Position numbers and translations under genes: made by a program
Source of the DNA: a virus
Taxonomy: Duplodnaviria > Caudoviricetes
Reading direction: 5' to 3' (one strand)
IMG/VR virus record: IMGVR_UViG_3300033068_001957
Coordinates: 32,001-96,000 of that record
Length of the DNA: 64,000 nucleotides
The notes under the pieces: model-generated
What the model was told of the DNA's origin: nothing
Seen by the model: only the letters and a program-made list of their open reading frames with translations
Database searches by the model: none
Shown: one piece after another, positions 28,559-37,597 of the stretch
Position numbering within the stretch: the first letter of the stretch is position 1
Layout: every line of letters begins with the position of its first letter

Positions 28559-29428
28559 ATGGGTGAAGAAAATGGGAAATGTAGCGTAGTGTGCGGTATT
28601 TACAAAATCACGAATAAAAAAACGAAGAAAGTTTACATTGGAAGCTCCGAAAATCTAAAGAAAAGATTTTACGATCATAGAAGTGACTTAGAGAATAATA
28701 GGCATAAAAATTTTAAACTCCAAAATTCTTGGAATAAACATGGAAGCTCTGAATTTGCATTTGAAATAATTCTATTTTGTAGAGAAGATGATTTAATACA
28801 AAACGAACAAATGTTTATTGATTTTCATAGCACTGAAAGCATGTATAACATATGTCTAATCGCGGGGAATACAAAGGGCTATAAACACACAGAAGAATCG
28901 AAAATAAAAATTGGGAAAAATAGTTTGGGCAATAAACACTCTTTGGGAAGGAAGCTTTCTGACGATCATAAAAAAATAATAAAAGAATCGCTTAAAGCGA
29001 GAGTCATTACCAAAGAAACGAGAGAAAAGCTCTCAAAAATTCACAAAGGAAAGCCAAAGTCGGAAGACCATAAAAGAAAAATAGCCGAAACTTTAAAAGG
29101 AGTTCCCTTGCCAGAAAAGGCTCGGATCAATTCACAGACGCCCGAAGCTATAGAAAAAAGAAGACAAAAATTATTAGGAAGACCTCTTAGCGAAGACCAT
29201 AAGAAAAAATTAAAAGGCTCTAGAACAGAAGAAGGAACTAAGGCGTGGAGAGAAAAAATGGTTGGAAGAAAACAAACTGAAAGTCATATGATTAATGCAA
29301 GAGAGGGGCGTAGAAAACGTAGGGAAAAAGACCTTGCAGAAAAACTCCAAAAAGAATTTAATCTCGGAAAAAATGAAACCACTGTTAGTATAGTGGTGGA
29401 AGATATAAAACAACAAACAACAAAGTAA
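28559..29428 (+). CDS. GIY-YIG homing endonuclease with NUMOD3 repeats
   Basis: GIYKITN..VYIGSS; HTEESKIKI, LSDDHKKII, KSEDHKRKI repeats. Confidence 0.9.
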   Translation: MGEENGKCSVVCGIYKITNKKTKKVYIGSSENLKKRFYDHRSDLENNRHKNFKLQNSWNKHGSSEFAFEIILFCREDDLIQNEQMFIDFHSTESMYNICLIAGNTKGYKHTEESKIKIGKNSLGNKHSLGRKLSDDHKKIIKESLKARVITKETREKLSKIHKGKPKSEDHKRKIAETLKGVPLPEKARINSQTPEAIEKRRQKLLGRPLSEDHKKKLKGSRTEEGTKAWREKMVGRKQTESHMINAREGRRKRREKDLAEKLQKEFNLGKNETTVSIVVEDIKQQTTK

Positions 29429-29434
29429 ATAGAC

Positions 29435-29827
29435 ATGACATCATTAACAATCGTAGGGAACGTGTGTGCGGAGCCAGAGGTCCGCCAAACAAATAGTGGA
29501 ATGCAAATCGTCGAACTTCGTATCGCTTCCAACGAAGGAAAAGACAAAACCGTATTCTGGACAACAAAATTCCTAGGAAATAAAGCTGGGGAAGTGGCGG
29601 CCAAATATGTAAAGAAAGGCTCTCTCGTTGCCGTTACTGGTAGCGTTGACGAGGAAACGTGGGAATCTAATGGTCAAAAGAAAAGCAAAATGATTTGCCT
29701 CGCCAATAGTTTTAACTTTGTCGGCGGGAAACCAGATGGTGCCTCGCAGACTACAGGAACAGCGAAAACAAAAGCTTCTGCGCCAAAAGAACAAGAACAG
29801 GGAAATGAAGATTTTGTTCCATTTTAA
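29435..29827 (+). CDS. ssb: single-stranded DNA-binding protein
   Basis: IVGNVCAEPEVR, KKGSLVAVTGS, acidic C-terminus DFVPF. Confidence 0.92.
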   Translation: MTSLTIVGNVCAEPEVRQTNSGMQIVELRIASNEGKDKTVFWTTKFLGNKAGEVAAKYVKKGSLVAVTGSVDEETWESNGQKKSKMICLANSFNFVGGKPDGASQTTGTAKTKASAPKEQEQGNEDFVPF

Positions 29828-30570
29828 TGAGTTTGGAATCTAAAATTTTAGAAGTCGCAAACGAACTAGGTCATATGCCATCTCGCTATGACCTAGAATT
29901 TCGTAATCTTGGTTTTCTATCAAGCCAGATTCAAAGAAATGGGGGATTTAAACACTGGGCTAAAGTTTTACAGCTAGACTCTAAAAAACCCACAATTTCA
30001 TGGACGGAAGAAAAATTAGTTAATGAATTATCATTAATATGCAATGCTATTGGTAAATTCCCTTCTTCATCCTGTTTAAAAGAAATGGGAAGAAATGATA
30101 TTTCCTCTCAAGTGAGCAGGAGAGGAGGATTTCAATTTTGGGCTCAAAAGGTTGGATTTAAAAGAGAGCATAGCGATTCTGATACTGGCTGGGATGGCGA
30201 AAGATCATTGGCAAACATTCTGGTTGAAAAGGGTTTTTCATGCGAGTCAGCATCTTATGTTAAATGTCCTTATGATCTTAAAGTAAATTCTTTAGTTAGA
30301 ATTGATGTAAAATCAGCAAACTATGCTGAATATGGAGCGTCTAGAGGATGGTTTTTCCGAATTGCAAAAGATGCGCAAGCTGATATTTTGGCGTTGTATC
30401 AAATAGACACTCAAGATGTCTATTTTATTCCTTGGAATATCTGCCCCAAAACAAATATTACAATTTCTCGCGGCGGAGGAAAATATGCCGAATTCAAAAA
30501 TAGATTTGACATTCTCGAAAAACTTATTAAATTGAAGGATGAAGAACAAAAAATCTGGCCTGTAATATAA
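29827..30570 (+). CDS. putative PD-(D/E)XK homing endonuclease with N-terminal repeat modules
   Basis: Two LGHMPS/IGKFPS..GGF..WA repeats; GWDGE..PYDL..IDVKSA. Confidence 0.7.
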   Translation: MSLESKILEVANELGHMPSRYDLEFRNLGFLSSQIQRNGGFKHWAKVLQLDSKKPTISWTEEKLVNELSLICNAIGKFPSSSCLKEMGRNDISSQVSRRGGFQFWAQKVGFKREHSDSDTGWDGERSLANILVEKGFSCESASYVKCPYDLKVNSLVRIDVKSANYAEYGASRGWFFRIAKDAQADILALYQIDTQDVYFIPWNICPKTNITISRGGGKYAEFKNRFDILEKLIKLKDEEQKIWPVI

Positions 30571-30573
30571 GAT

Positions 30574-30849
30574 ATGAAAACCCTCTTACTTTTCCTATTC
30601 TTCTCGTTTTCGCTTCTGGCAGGCGATACAGCAACGACGGTTAATCGCCCTCAGTACTTGGGTGGAGGCTCTGTAACTACAGTCCAGAGCGGCGGAAACA
30701 CTACTAACGTAGTCGTCACGGCGCGGCCCAGCTATTTGGGTGGCGGAAGTAATGTCAAAGTTTCTTCGGGCGGTAAAACTATGGGTTCTGCGACAATCGT
30801 TGCTAAGCCAGTATATCTTGGCGGTGGATCGACAATTAAATCAAAGTGA
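30574..30849 (+). CDS. secreted small protein with three (R/K)PxYLGGGS repeats
   Basis: Signal peptide MKTLLLFLFFSFSLLA; repeats visible in the translation. Confidence 0.7.
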   Translation: MKTLLLFLFFSFSLLAGDTATTVNRPQYLGGGSVTTVQSGGNTTNVVVTARPSYLGGGSNVKVSSGGKTMGSATIVAKPVYLGGGSTIKSK

Positions 30850-30959
30850 AAAAATATTTGTTAATTTGCCTACTTCTAAATTCTTGTTCTGGAATTTGGA
30901 CTCCGCCTTGGCAGAAAAATAGTCCGCAACAGACTCATTATCATTGGCCGTGGAGTTAG
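30846..30959 (+). CDS. small lipoprotein (37 aa; not in ORF track)
   Basis: GTG overlaps the upstream stop; MKKYLLICLLLNSCSGIWTPPWQ..HWPWS, lipobox LNSC. Confidence 0.6.
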   Translation: MKKYLLICLLLNSCSGIWTPPWQKNSPQQTHYHWPWS

Positions 30960-30968
30960 TATTTAAAT

Positions 30969-32066
30969 ATGGAAAAACTAATTTTAAACGCGCCGATTTC
31001 TAGTCTTTCGCTAGGCCAAGTCTCTTATAACATTATCAGAGAATGTTGGAAACGAAACATAGACCTTGCCTATTTTCCCATTGGAGAAGTTCAATTAGAT
31101 GCTTTTCAGCCGCCAAAAGAATTAGTTGCATATATTCAAGACGCCCTGAATAAAAGACTTTCTCATCTTGGCCGCGATGTTAAGACTCTAAAAATTTGGC
31201 ATATTCAATCACAGGAACCGAAAGACCCATTCCGAGTTCTTCTTACGCCCGATCAAACTTTATGCACGTTTCATGAGACAGATTTTTCGACCGAATTTGA
31301 AAAAACTTTGGTAAATTTAAACAGAAAGACCTTATTCTGCGGCAATTACTCAGAAAATATCTTTCTCGCTGCTGGATGCCCTAACGTAGGATCGTTTAAT
31401 GTAGGATGGGATGAAGATTTCAAGGTCGCAGGTAAAAAATATCTAGAAGGGCGAAAACATTTCTTATTGGTGGGAAAGCGTGAAGTCAGAAAAAACACTA
31501 GCCAAATTATCAAAACGTGGATAAAAAAATATGGCAATAACAAAGACTACGCTTTAACTTGCGTAATCAACAATCCATTCTTTAGTCCAGAAGACAACCA
31601 GAGACTCATTCAGGAAGACTTGGGAGGAAAACGCATTTGGAATCTGAATCTCCTACCTCACCTGAAAACTAACGACGAAATGAATGAGGTTTATAATTCT
31701 TGCGACATCGACTTGAGCGGCGCAAGTTTTTCTGAATCATATGGGATTCCAGCTTTTACATCATGCGGGCTAGGCAAAATATGTGTAGTAAATAATTTCG
31801 GCGGTCATAAAGCTTGGGCTACGGCAGAAAACAGTATTCTTATTGAACCAGATGGGATGCAAGATTGTTATGATGGCGTGTTCTTCAATAAGGGCGGGAA
31901 TTTTAGTCAGGGTCAATATTCCCATTATAGCGAAGATGCTCTTGTAGATGCGATGGAACGCGCCGAACAAAAAGTCGGCCAACCAAATACCGCAGGTTTG
32001 GCGCTTCAAAATACACATAGCTGGAAAAATTCTCTTGACCATATCTTGTCTCAAGTGTATAATTAA
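30969..32066 (+). CDS. GT4-like glycosyltransferase
   Basis: FLLVGKREVRKN, YNSCDI..SESYGIP. Confidence 0.8.
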   Translation: MEKLILNAPISSLSLGQVSYNIIRECWKRNIDLAYFPIGEVQLDAFQPPKELVAYIQDALNKRLSHLGRDVKTLKIWHIQSQEPKDPFRVLLTPDQTLCTFHETDFSTEFEKTLVNLNRKTLFCGNYSENIFLAAGCPNVGSFNVGWDEDFKVAGKKYLEGRKHFLLVGKREVRKNTSQIIKTWIKKYGNNKDYALTCVINNPFFSPEDNQRLIQEDLGGKRIWNLNLLPHLKTNDEMNEVYNSCDIDLSGASFSESYGIPAFTSCGLGKICVVNNFGGHKAWATAENSILIEPDGMQDCYDGVFFNKGGNFSQGQYSHYSEDALVDAMERAEQKVGQPNTAGLALQNTHSWKNSLDHILSQVYN

Positions 32067-32070
32067 AAAC

Positions 32071-32637
32071 ATGAACTCTTTTGATAACCTATATGTCCCC
32101 GATCCTTATTCTGGATCAATTTTGAAGCCGCAAGCGATTTGGATGGTTGACCCTTATACTTGGCCGAATAAACGATTCATTGGAGGCGCTTGGATTGATG
32201 ATAAGTGGCCGTTTGATGCTACGCCAACTACAGCGCCGAATATTCCAAAAGTTCCATGGTCAGACGAAGAGCGTCGGCGAAAATCCCAATACGACAAAGA
32301 CTATTATGATCTTTTTGAACAAATTAAAAACGCCCAGAAGTCCCGCTTTGGCTTTGAAGCTCCAAAAAGTCCATGGACAAATACTTTAGACGGCGATGTT
32401 AAGTTTACTCTCGAATTAGCTGGTTGGTCGAAAGAAAATATTTTTGTTGAAATCAAAGATGATAAACAACTTCTTGTCATTCAAAAAAGTGGCAAAAAGC
32501 TTACGCAAACGTTTGATATCCCCAATCCAGAACGGCTAAATCTCGAATCCGCCCAATTAACAATGGAGCACGGTCTATTAGCAATCATCTTTCCGCCAAA
32601 AAAGGTAGAGGAGAAAAAGACAATTAAATTGTTATGA
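32071..32637 (+). CDS. Hsp20/alpha-crystallin small heat-shock protein
   Basis: LELAGWSKENI..AQLTMEHGLLAI..KTIKL. Confidence 0.75.
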   Translation: MNSFDNLYVPDPYSGSILKPQAIWMVDPYTWPNKRFIGGAWIDDKWPFDATPTTAPNIPKVPWSDEERRRKSQYDKDYYDLFEQIKNAQKSRFGFEAPKSPWTNTLDGDVKFTLELAGWSKENIFVEIKDDKQLLVIQKSGKKLTQTFDIPNPERLNLESAQLTMEHGLLAIIFPPKKVEEKKTIKLL

Positions 32638-33322
32638 CCATCGAAGAGTTAATCACAGCTCTGGAAGAAAATCCAGACTCCAATATCTTTCAAATTAGCA
32701 AGGGTGCAATTTCTGGCAATGGAGATTTGGCCGAAATGGTCGTTGGACAACCTCAAGAAGTTAAAGACAGACTAAGAAAAGCCTTAAATAAGGGAAACTC
32801 TTCAATAGTTAAAGAATAATAATATGAATCAAAAATTCCAAAAACTCTACGAAAAACTCGCCCCCAAAAAGCAAGAAATGATGATTGAAATGTTTGATCT
32901 TGTCTTTGAATATGCCGCCAAATTTGGTTACGAAGGAGATGATGAAGAGGGTCCATCGCTATTAACCAGCGAGTCTCTTTTTCAAAGAGATGATCCGCAA
33001 ATAGAAGGTCTAGAATTGGCGGGCAAACTGGTTGATATTTTGAATGGAGAAAATAATCTATAACACCCGAAAATATTGATAACCTAATCAACGTTTTAGG
33101 ATTTTGTTTTATTATGTGGATTATTTGGAGAGATTAATGTCCACCGTCGAAATCACTAAAGAACAGGCTGACGCTTTCCTAAAAGAGCGCTACGGCTTTT
33201 TCGGCGATAAAAACTTCAAAGGCTCCTACAATGGCGGCAAATACGTAGCAAACAAGAAAAACAAATACTATGAATGCTCAAAATTATCGGAGGCGGCGAA
33301 AGCTTTAGGGTTAATATAGGTC

Positions 33323-33712
33323 ATGCCCCTTTTCGATTTCCAACATTCTGAAACGCTAGAAGTTCATGAAGTATTCTTCCATATGAACGACAACAAAGTT
33401 TATAAAGGAAAAAATGGCGATGAAGAGGGTAAATGGGTGCGTTTATATCATGTTCCATTAGCTAGTATAGACACTAAACTAGACCCTCACGACAAAAAGC
33501 AGTTTATTCGCCGCGCCGAAAAATATACTACTATTGGTGATCTTGTCGATAAGTCAAAAGAATTATCTATTAAAAGAGAAGGCCAATCTGGTAACGACGA
33601 AATTAAACGCAAATTCTTCGATGAGTACAAAAATGCCCGTGGAGGAAAGAAACACGTCCAAGACCGTCCTAGTGTTATCGAAAACGCCCGAGTTAAAATT
33701 GAGCTAGACTAA
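33323..33712 (+). CDS. FmdB-like hypothetical protein
   Basis: MPLFDFQH..EVFFHMND N-terminus. Confidence 0.5.
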   Translation: MPLFDFQHSETLEVHEVFFHMNDNKVYKGKNGDEEGKWVRLYHVPLASIDTKLDPHDKKQFIRRAEKYTTIGDLVDKSKELSIKREGQSGNDEIKRKFFDEYKNARGGKKHVQDRPSVIENARVKIELD

Positions 33713-33713
33713 C

Positions 33714-34115
33714 TCACTCTTGAATTAGTCCAAATCGTTCAAGCACTCCCAACACATCGGCGGACACTGGATTCTTATCGTCGATAAGCTCTAAAAGCGG
33801 AATCTTCAAAAACGAGCATTCTTCTTGGGTTTCTGATGATAGCTTGTTTGCCTGATTGACGAATTCAATATAAGAATCATCGTCTTGTTTTGTGTGAGGC
33901 TTGATGGAAAATTGTTCTTTTAGACCTTCCAGAACTTTTGGCCAAGGTTTTACTGCGTCTTCACAGATTCTTATGTTTTTGCTGATGTTCCAGCGAGTTT
34001 TGCCCGTAAAGTTAAAAGGAGTAACTACGGTTTGGTCTTTTACTACCTGTTGGTAGTTGGTTAGACGATTGAGGGCCGCTTGAATGCCGAAGATTTCAGA
34101 CAGAGTATATTTCAT
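33714..34115 (-). CDS. hypothetical protein
   Basis: Preceded by CGTTAGTAT. Confidence 0.65.
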   Translation of the reverse strand: MKYTLSEIFGIQAALNRLTNYQQVVKDQTVVTPFNFTGKTRWNISKNIRICEDAVKPWPKVLEGLKEQFSIKPHTKQDDDSYIEFVNQANKLSSETQEECSFLKIPLLELIDDKNPVSADVLGVLERFGLIQE

Positions 34116-34138
34116 TCAATATACTAACGAGCGTTTCT

Positions 34139-34420
34139 CTATTTCGAAAGAATATTTTGAACGGCTTTTTCAATTTCGTCCAGTTTGTCGGGGCGAGCTT
34201 GAACAGCAATACCTAATGCCATTAATCTCTCATTTTCGGCCATAGCGGTTTTTTGCGCTGAGTCATAGTCCTTTATGTATTTTGCCGTCTCTTCTTCGCG
34301 GAATATCTGCGCAAACTGCTCAATAGTGACAGTAGGCTCGCCGCTACCCACGTTGAACTTGTCAACGACGGCTTGCCACGCTGGGATTGAGTCGTCGGGG
34401 ATGATGGTGGTGATGTTCAT
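34139..34420 (-). CDS. hypothetical protein (possible fibre chaperone)
   Basis: Directly downstream of the fibre-like gene. Confidence 0.5.
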   Translation of the reverse strand: MNITTIIPDDSIPAWQAVVDKFNVGSGEPTVTIEQFAQIFREEETAKYIKDYDSAQKTAMAENERLMALGIAVQARPDKLDEIEKAVQNILSK

Positions 34421-34423
34421 GGG

Positions 34424-35278
34424 TTACGGCTCGATTGCAATCTGTTGAGCGGCTCCGCTTGAAAACAGAGCCATGAGTTGAGTTTTCCCTGCGCCGTTGT
34501 CCACGGCATAAATTCGGACCTGATTGGCGGCTGGCGCGGCAGGCGCGGTCTGTTCTGCCATCTGAAACGCGGCTCCAGCAGAGCCATCAGCAGAAAGGAA
34601 CAACACTCCCGCAGAGGCCCGCGTTAGAAAAATGTCAGGCGTCCCAGCGGTGCCGTCATTTGTCCAGCGGACTGCTGAGTTTTTACCAAGGCTGACACCT
34701 GGAAGATATGCCTCCCCGCCGATGGCCGTGCCTGACTGGCCACCAAATCCGTTAATGTCCAAGAAACCTATATCGGCTCGGAAGGCCAGTGTGTTCCCAA
34801 CTGAGGTGCCGTTAATTCTCACCGCGCCAGAGGATGAAACTGAGAATTTGCTCGCACCATTGAGTTGCAGGTCAGCCAGTATCCCAACGAACCCACTCGG
34901 TGCATTCACCCCAAGCATCGTTCCGCCCGTATCCCAACCCGTGCTGGCGGTCCCCGCAGGCTCAATCAAGAGCAGCGGCTTTGTCGTTGTCGCGCTTCCG
35001 CCTGTGAACGGAGTTCCCGTGATCGACATTGCAGGCGTGGATGCAGCACCGTTGACCGTGAACACATTCGCCACTCCCAACAACGCCGCCGTTCCCGTAG
35101 CCCCCACAGTTAGAGTAAACCCACCTAATGAGATGGTTCCCCCTCCAGTTATAGAAGTATCACCAATAGTTGTCGTAAACGATCCGCCCAAAGTAATATT
35201 TAGAGCAGCAAGCATTGCCGTTTGACTGGCGGCTTGCATAAATGTGTCAACTGCGGATGATACTGTAAGGTCTGGCAT
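34424..35278 (-). CDS. Gly/Ala/Thr-rich fibre- or decoration-like virion protein on a GC-rich patch
   Basis: Beta-rich low-complexity sequence; C-terminus RIYAVDNGAGKTQLMALFSSGA. Confidence 0.55.
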   Translation of the reverse strand: MPDLTVSSAVDTFMQAASQTAMLAALNITLGGSFTTTIGDTSITGGGTISLGGFTLTVGATGTAALLGVANVFTVNGAASTPAMSITGTPFTGGSATTTKPLLLIEPAGTASTGWDTGGTMLGVNAPSGFVGILADLQLNGASKFSVSSSGAVRINGTSVGNTLAFRADIGFLDINGFGGQSGTAIGGEAYLPGVSLGKNSAVRWTNDGTAGTPDIFLTRASAGVLFLSADGSAGAAFQMAEQTAPAAPAANQVRIYAVDNGAGKTQLMALFSSGAAQQIAIEP

Positions 35279-35283
35279 ATTAT

Positions 35284-35427
35284 TTAAGGGCGAATATAGT
35301 TACTTATGCCATCTGGGCGCTTATAGGTAGAAATGCCGTCTGGGCGGAAGTAATTATTGATTAAATTTAAAGGATTCCCTACTGCTAGGAAAAATCGTTT
35401 TCCAAGTCTAAGTCCGAATCCAAGCAT
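35284..35427 (-). CDS. 47-aa protein with YxRPDGIS repeats (not in ORF track)
   Basis: MLGFGLRLG...YFRPDGISTYKRPDGISNYIRP; fills the gap between neighbours. Confidence 0.6.
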   Translation of the reverse strand: MLGFGLRLGKRFFLAVGNPLNLINNYFRPDGISTYKRPDGISNYIRP

Positions 35428-35428
35428 A

Positions 35429-35701
35429 TTAGTAGAAAAGTTGAATAGCTGCCGAACCAGTATTTAGAGAAATATTTGTGATTGGACCGAGGATTTCCGT
35501 AGGATTCGTTAGACTTCTACCGACAAGATAAGAAATGCCGCTCATATTTATACCAGTAATTCCTCCAAGGATAACGGTTCCGTCAATAGAGCGAAAACCT
35601 ACGAAGCCGTTTGTGTTAGTTGCTGTTTGTCCACCCGTGATGAGAAGACAACCCTTTCCACCCAAAGAAGAAATCGCCGTAGATTGAATAGAATAGTCCA
35701 T
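35429..35701 (-). CDS. small putative virion protein
   Basis: GTGTAA motif at 35712-35717; Gly/Thr-rich. Confidence 0.55.
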   Translation of the reverse strand: MDYSIQSTAISSLGGKGCLLITGGQTATNTNGFVGFRSIDGTVILGGITGINMSGISYLVGRSLTNPTEILGPITNISLNTGSAAIQLFY

Positions 35702-35730
35702 ATAAAACAGATTACACGAAAGACCAACAA

Positions 35731-35874
35731 TTAAACCAAAAAGTCCACCCACCCTTTAATTAGGGCATAATCTACTTCTGGCATCTTGACCTTTTGGGCG
35801 CAACCGCTTAAAAACAGAATGGCGGTGAAAATAATCACCCTAAATGCGTACCCGATTGATTGAATTTTGTTCAT
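35731..35874 (-). CDS. small lipoprotein (47 aa; not in ORF track)
   Basis: MNKIQSIGYAFRVIIFTAILFLSGC, lipobox LSGC. Confidence 0.55.
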   Translation of the reverse strand: MNKIQSIGYAFRVIIFTAILFLSGCAQKVKMPEVDYALIKGWVDFLV

Positions 35875-36265
35875 TTTTTGAGAGTTTTAGGGGTTTTCCT
35901 GATTGTGGTTCGATATATATTACGCCGACATTGGTAAATGCTACGTTAATTGAATGATATTCGCCACTGTCTTTGGTGTAGTCAATGGCTCCAACGGCTA
36001 ATCCATCCTGTGTCCCGCGACTATTAAAGTGGCAAACTTGAGAAAGAATCTTATACATGGCCGAAAAGTCTTCACAGTCGAATTTCTTGGACCAATCAAT
36101 GATTCCAAGACGCTCTAGTTCGCTGCAAAAATAAGGGTAAAACTTATTTATTAGCCAATCCTCGGTTGGACAATTGTATGAATCGTCTCCAAATGTTGTG
36201 CCCGATGGGTAGATTTTCGCCACAAAGGGAAATTGCAAAAACCACGCGACGGGGACACTTTTCAT
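35840..36265 (-). CDS. transglutaminase-like cysteine protease fold protein
   Basis: FDCEDFS..HSIN..YIEPQ (Cys-His-Glu). Confidence 0.6.
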   Translation of the reverse strand: MKSVPVAWFLQFPFVAKIYPSGTTFGDDSYNCPTEDWLINKFYPYFCSELERLGIIDWSKKFDCEDFSAMYKILSQVCHFNSRGTQDGLAVGAIDYTKDSGEYHSINVAFTNVGVIYIEPQSGKPLKLSKNEQNSINRVRI

Positions 36266-36296
36266 GTATTAAATTACACTTATTTGTTTGAGGGGC

Positions 36297-36307
36297 GTTA
36301 GTATAAT
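36297..36307 (+). promoter_or_regulatory. second phage promoter motif GTTA(G/A)TAT (representative copy)
   Basis: Also shortly before gene starts near 6290, 9673, 19331, 30955, 34121, 37583, 39516, 44482. Confidence 0.6.
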
Positions 36308-36330
36308 GTGTAAAAAAAATACATATATCT

Positions 36331-36846
36331 ATGACTCTATCCTTCTGGAAACCTTCCCCCTTCGAAAAAGATGGCCAATATACTGGCGCAGCATTTTCAT
36401 TTAAACTAATGAAAACTCCAGACGGCCCAAAATTCATAATGTCAGGGGTCAAGCAAAAATCTTACGACCCAGTAAAGAAGCTTGGTTCTTTTTACAACAA
36501 CAAAGATCATCTAGAGCATAGCGTTTCTGTCAAATTTAATGAAATCGAACTTGGCAACCTAATCCATTCGATCAAAAATTACAAAGACTTTTCTGCCTTT
36601 CATAGTTTTAAGGACGATAAAACTACGATTACCTTCAAACCCTATACCAAAAAGCCGAAACAGGGGGAAGTTGAGGGCGTAAAGGCTTTTTCTCTTACCG
36701 TTAAGAAGAATGGAAGTTTACAGATTGGTCTTGGCATCGAACTTGGAGAAGCAGAAGCATTATTAGTTTTTGTCCAAACGGCGCTTATCGAGATGTTTTA
36801 TGCTAGTGGGCAACAGCCACAGAAAGAAGAACGTTCGGGAGAATAA
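36331..36846 (+). CDS. hypothetical protein (possible PC4/Whirly-like ssDNA binder)
   Basis: Repeated beta-strand + helix pattern; CGTTAGTATAAT upstream. Confidence 0.45.
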   Translation: MTLSFWKPSPFEKDGQYTGAAFSFKLMKTPDGPKFIMSGVKQKSYDPVKKLGSFYNNKDHLEHSVSVKFNEIELGNLIHSIKNYKDFSAFHSFKDDKTTITFKPYTKKPKQGEVEGVKAFSLTVKKNGSLQIGLGIELGEAEALLVFVQTALIEMFYASGQQPQKEERSGE

Positions 36847-36847
36847 T

Positions 36848-37579
36848 ATGCTCGTCTGCTATTTCGGGAAAAATAGTTTAAATAATTCTGGAATCTATAA
36901 AATATCTAATTCTATAGATGATAGAATATATATTGGATCGTCCAAAAGTTTTCGCGCCCGTTTTAAAAAGCATGAATTTGATTTGGCGGAAGGAAGGCAT
37001 CACTCTATCCATATGGAAAGGTTTTGCTCTAAATATTTCGAAGATGTCATTTTTTATTTTGAGATTTTAGAGATTACAGAAAAAGACCAACTCATAAATC
37101 GAGAACAATATTATTTAGATACCTTGCTACCATTTGGCGAAAAGGGCTTTAATATGAGAAAGAAGGCAATTTCTTCGGCTGGGACACAAAAGGTCAAAAG
37201 GTCATTTTATCAATACGATAAGGATGGAAATGAGATTTCTTTTTTAAATATAGAGGAAATGGCGTCTTCGACTGGACTAAATAAAAACACAATGAGAGGA
37301 GCCTTGACGGGGCAATTTAAAACGTGTGGAGGTTTCATTTTTTCCTATGATAAACTTTCAAAAGAAGAAGTAAATAATATTTTGGCAGACAAAAGAAAAA
37401 CGAGATACACTAGACCAAATCTAAATCGTAGAGTTACGGCAATTTCCCTTGAACACGGCAAACATGAGTATGAAACTGCATTGAAAGCATCCCAAGAGCT
37501 TGGCATATGTGATATTTCTATTAGAAAAGCTTGTAGGAAAGGCCATTATTATAAAGGCTATAAGTGGAGTTATTCTTAA
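36848..37579 (+). CDS. GIY-YIG homing endonuclease with NUMOD1 modules
   Basis: SGIYKISN..IYIGSS; YQYDKDG..; C-terminus GYKWSY. Confidence 0.88.
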   Translation: MLVCYFGKNSLNNSGIYKISNSIDDRIYIGSSKSFRARFKKHEFDLAEGRHHSIHMERFCSKYFEDVIFYFEILEITEKDQLINREQYYLDTLLPFGEKGFNMRKKAISSAGTQKVKRSFYQYDKDGNEISFLNIEEMASSTGLNKNTMRGALTGQFKTCGGFIFSYDKLSKEEVNNILADKRKTRYTRPNLNRRVTAISLEHGKHEYETALKASQELGICDISIRKACRKGHYYKGYKWSYS

Positions 37580-37597
37580 TGAGTTAATATATACTCG

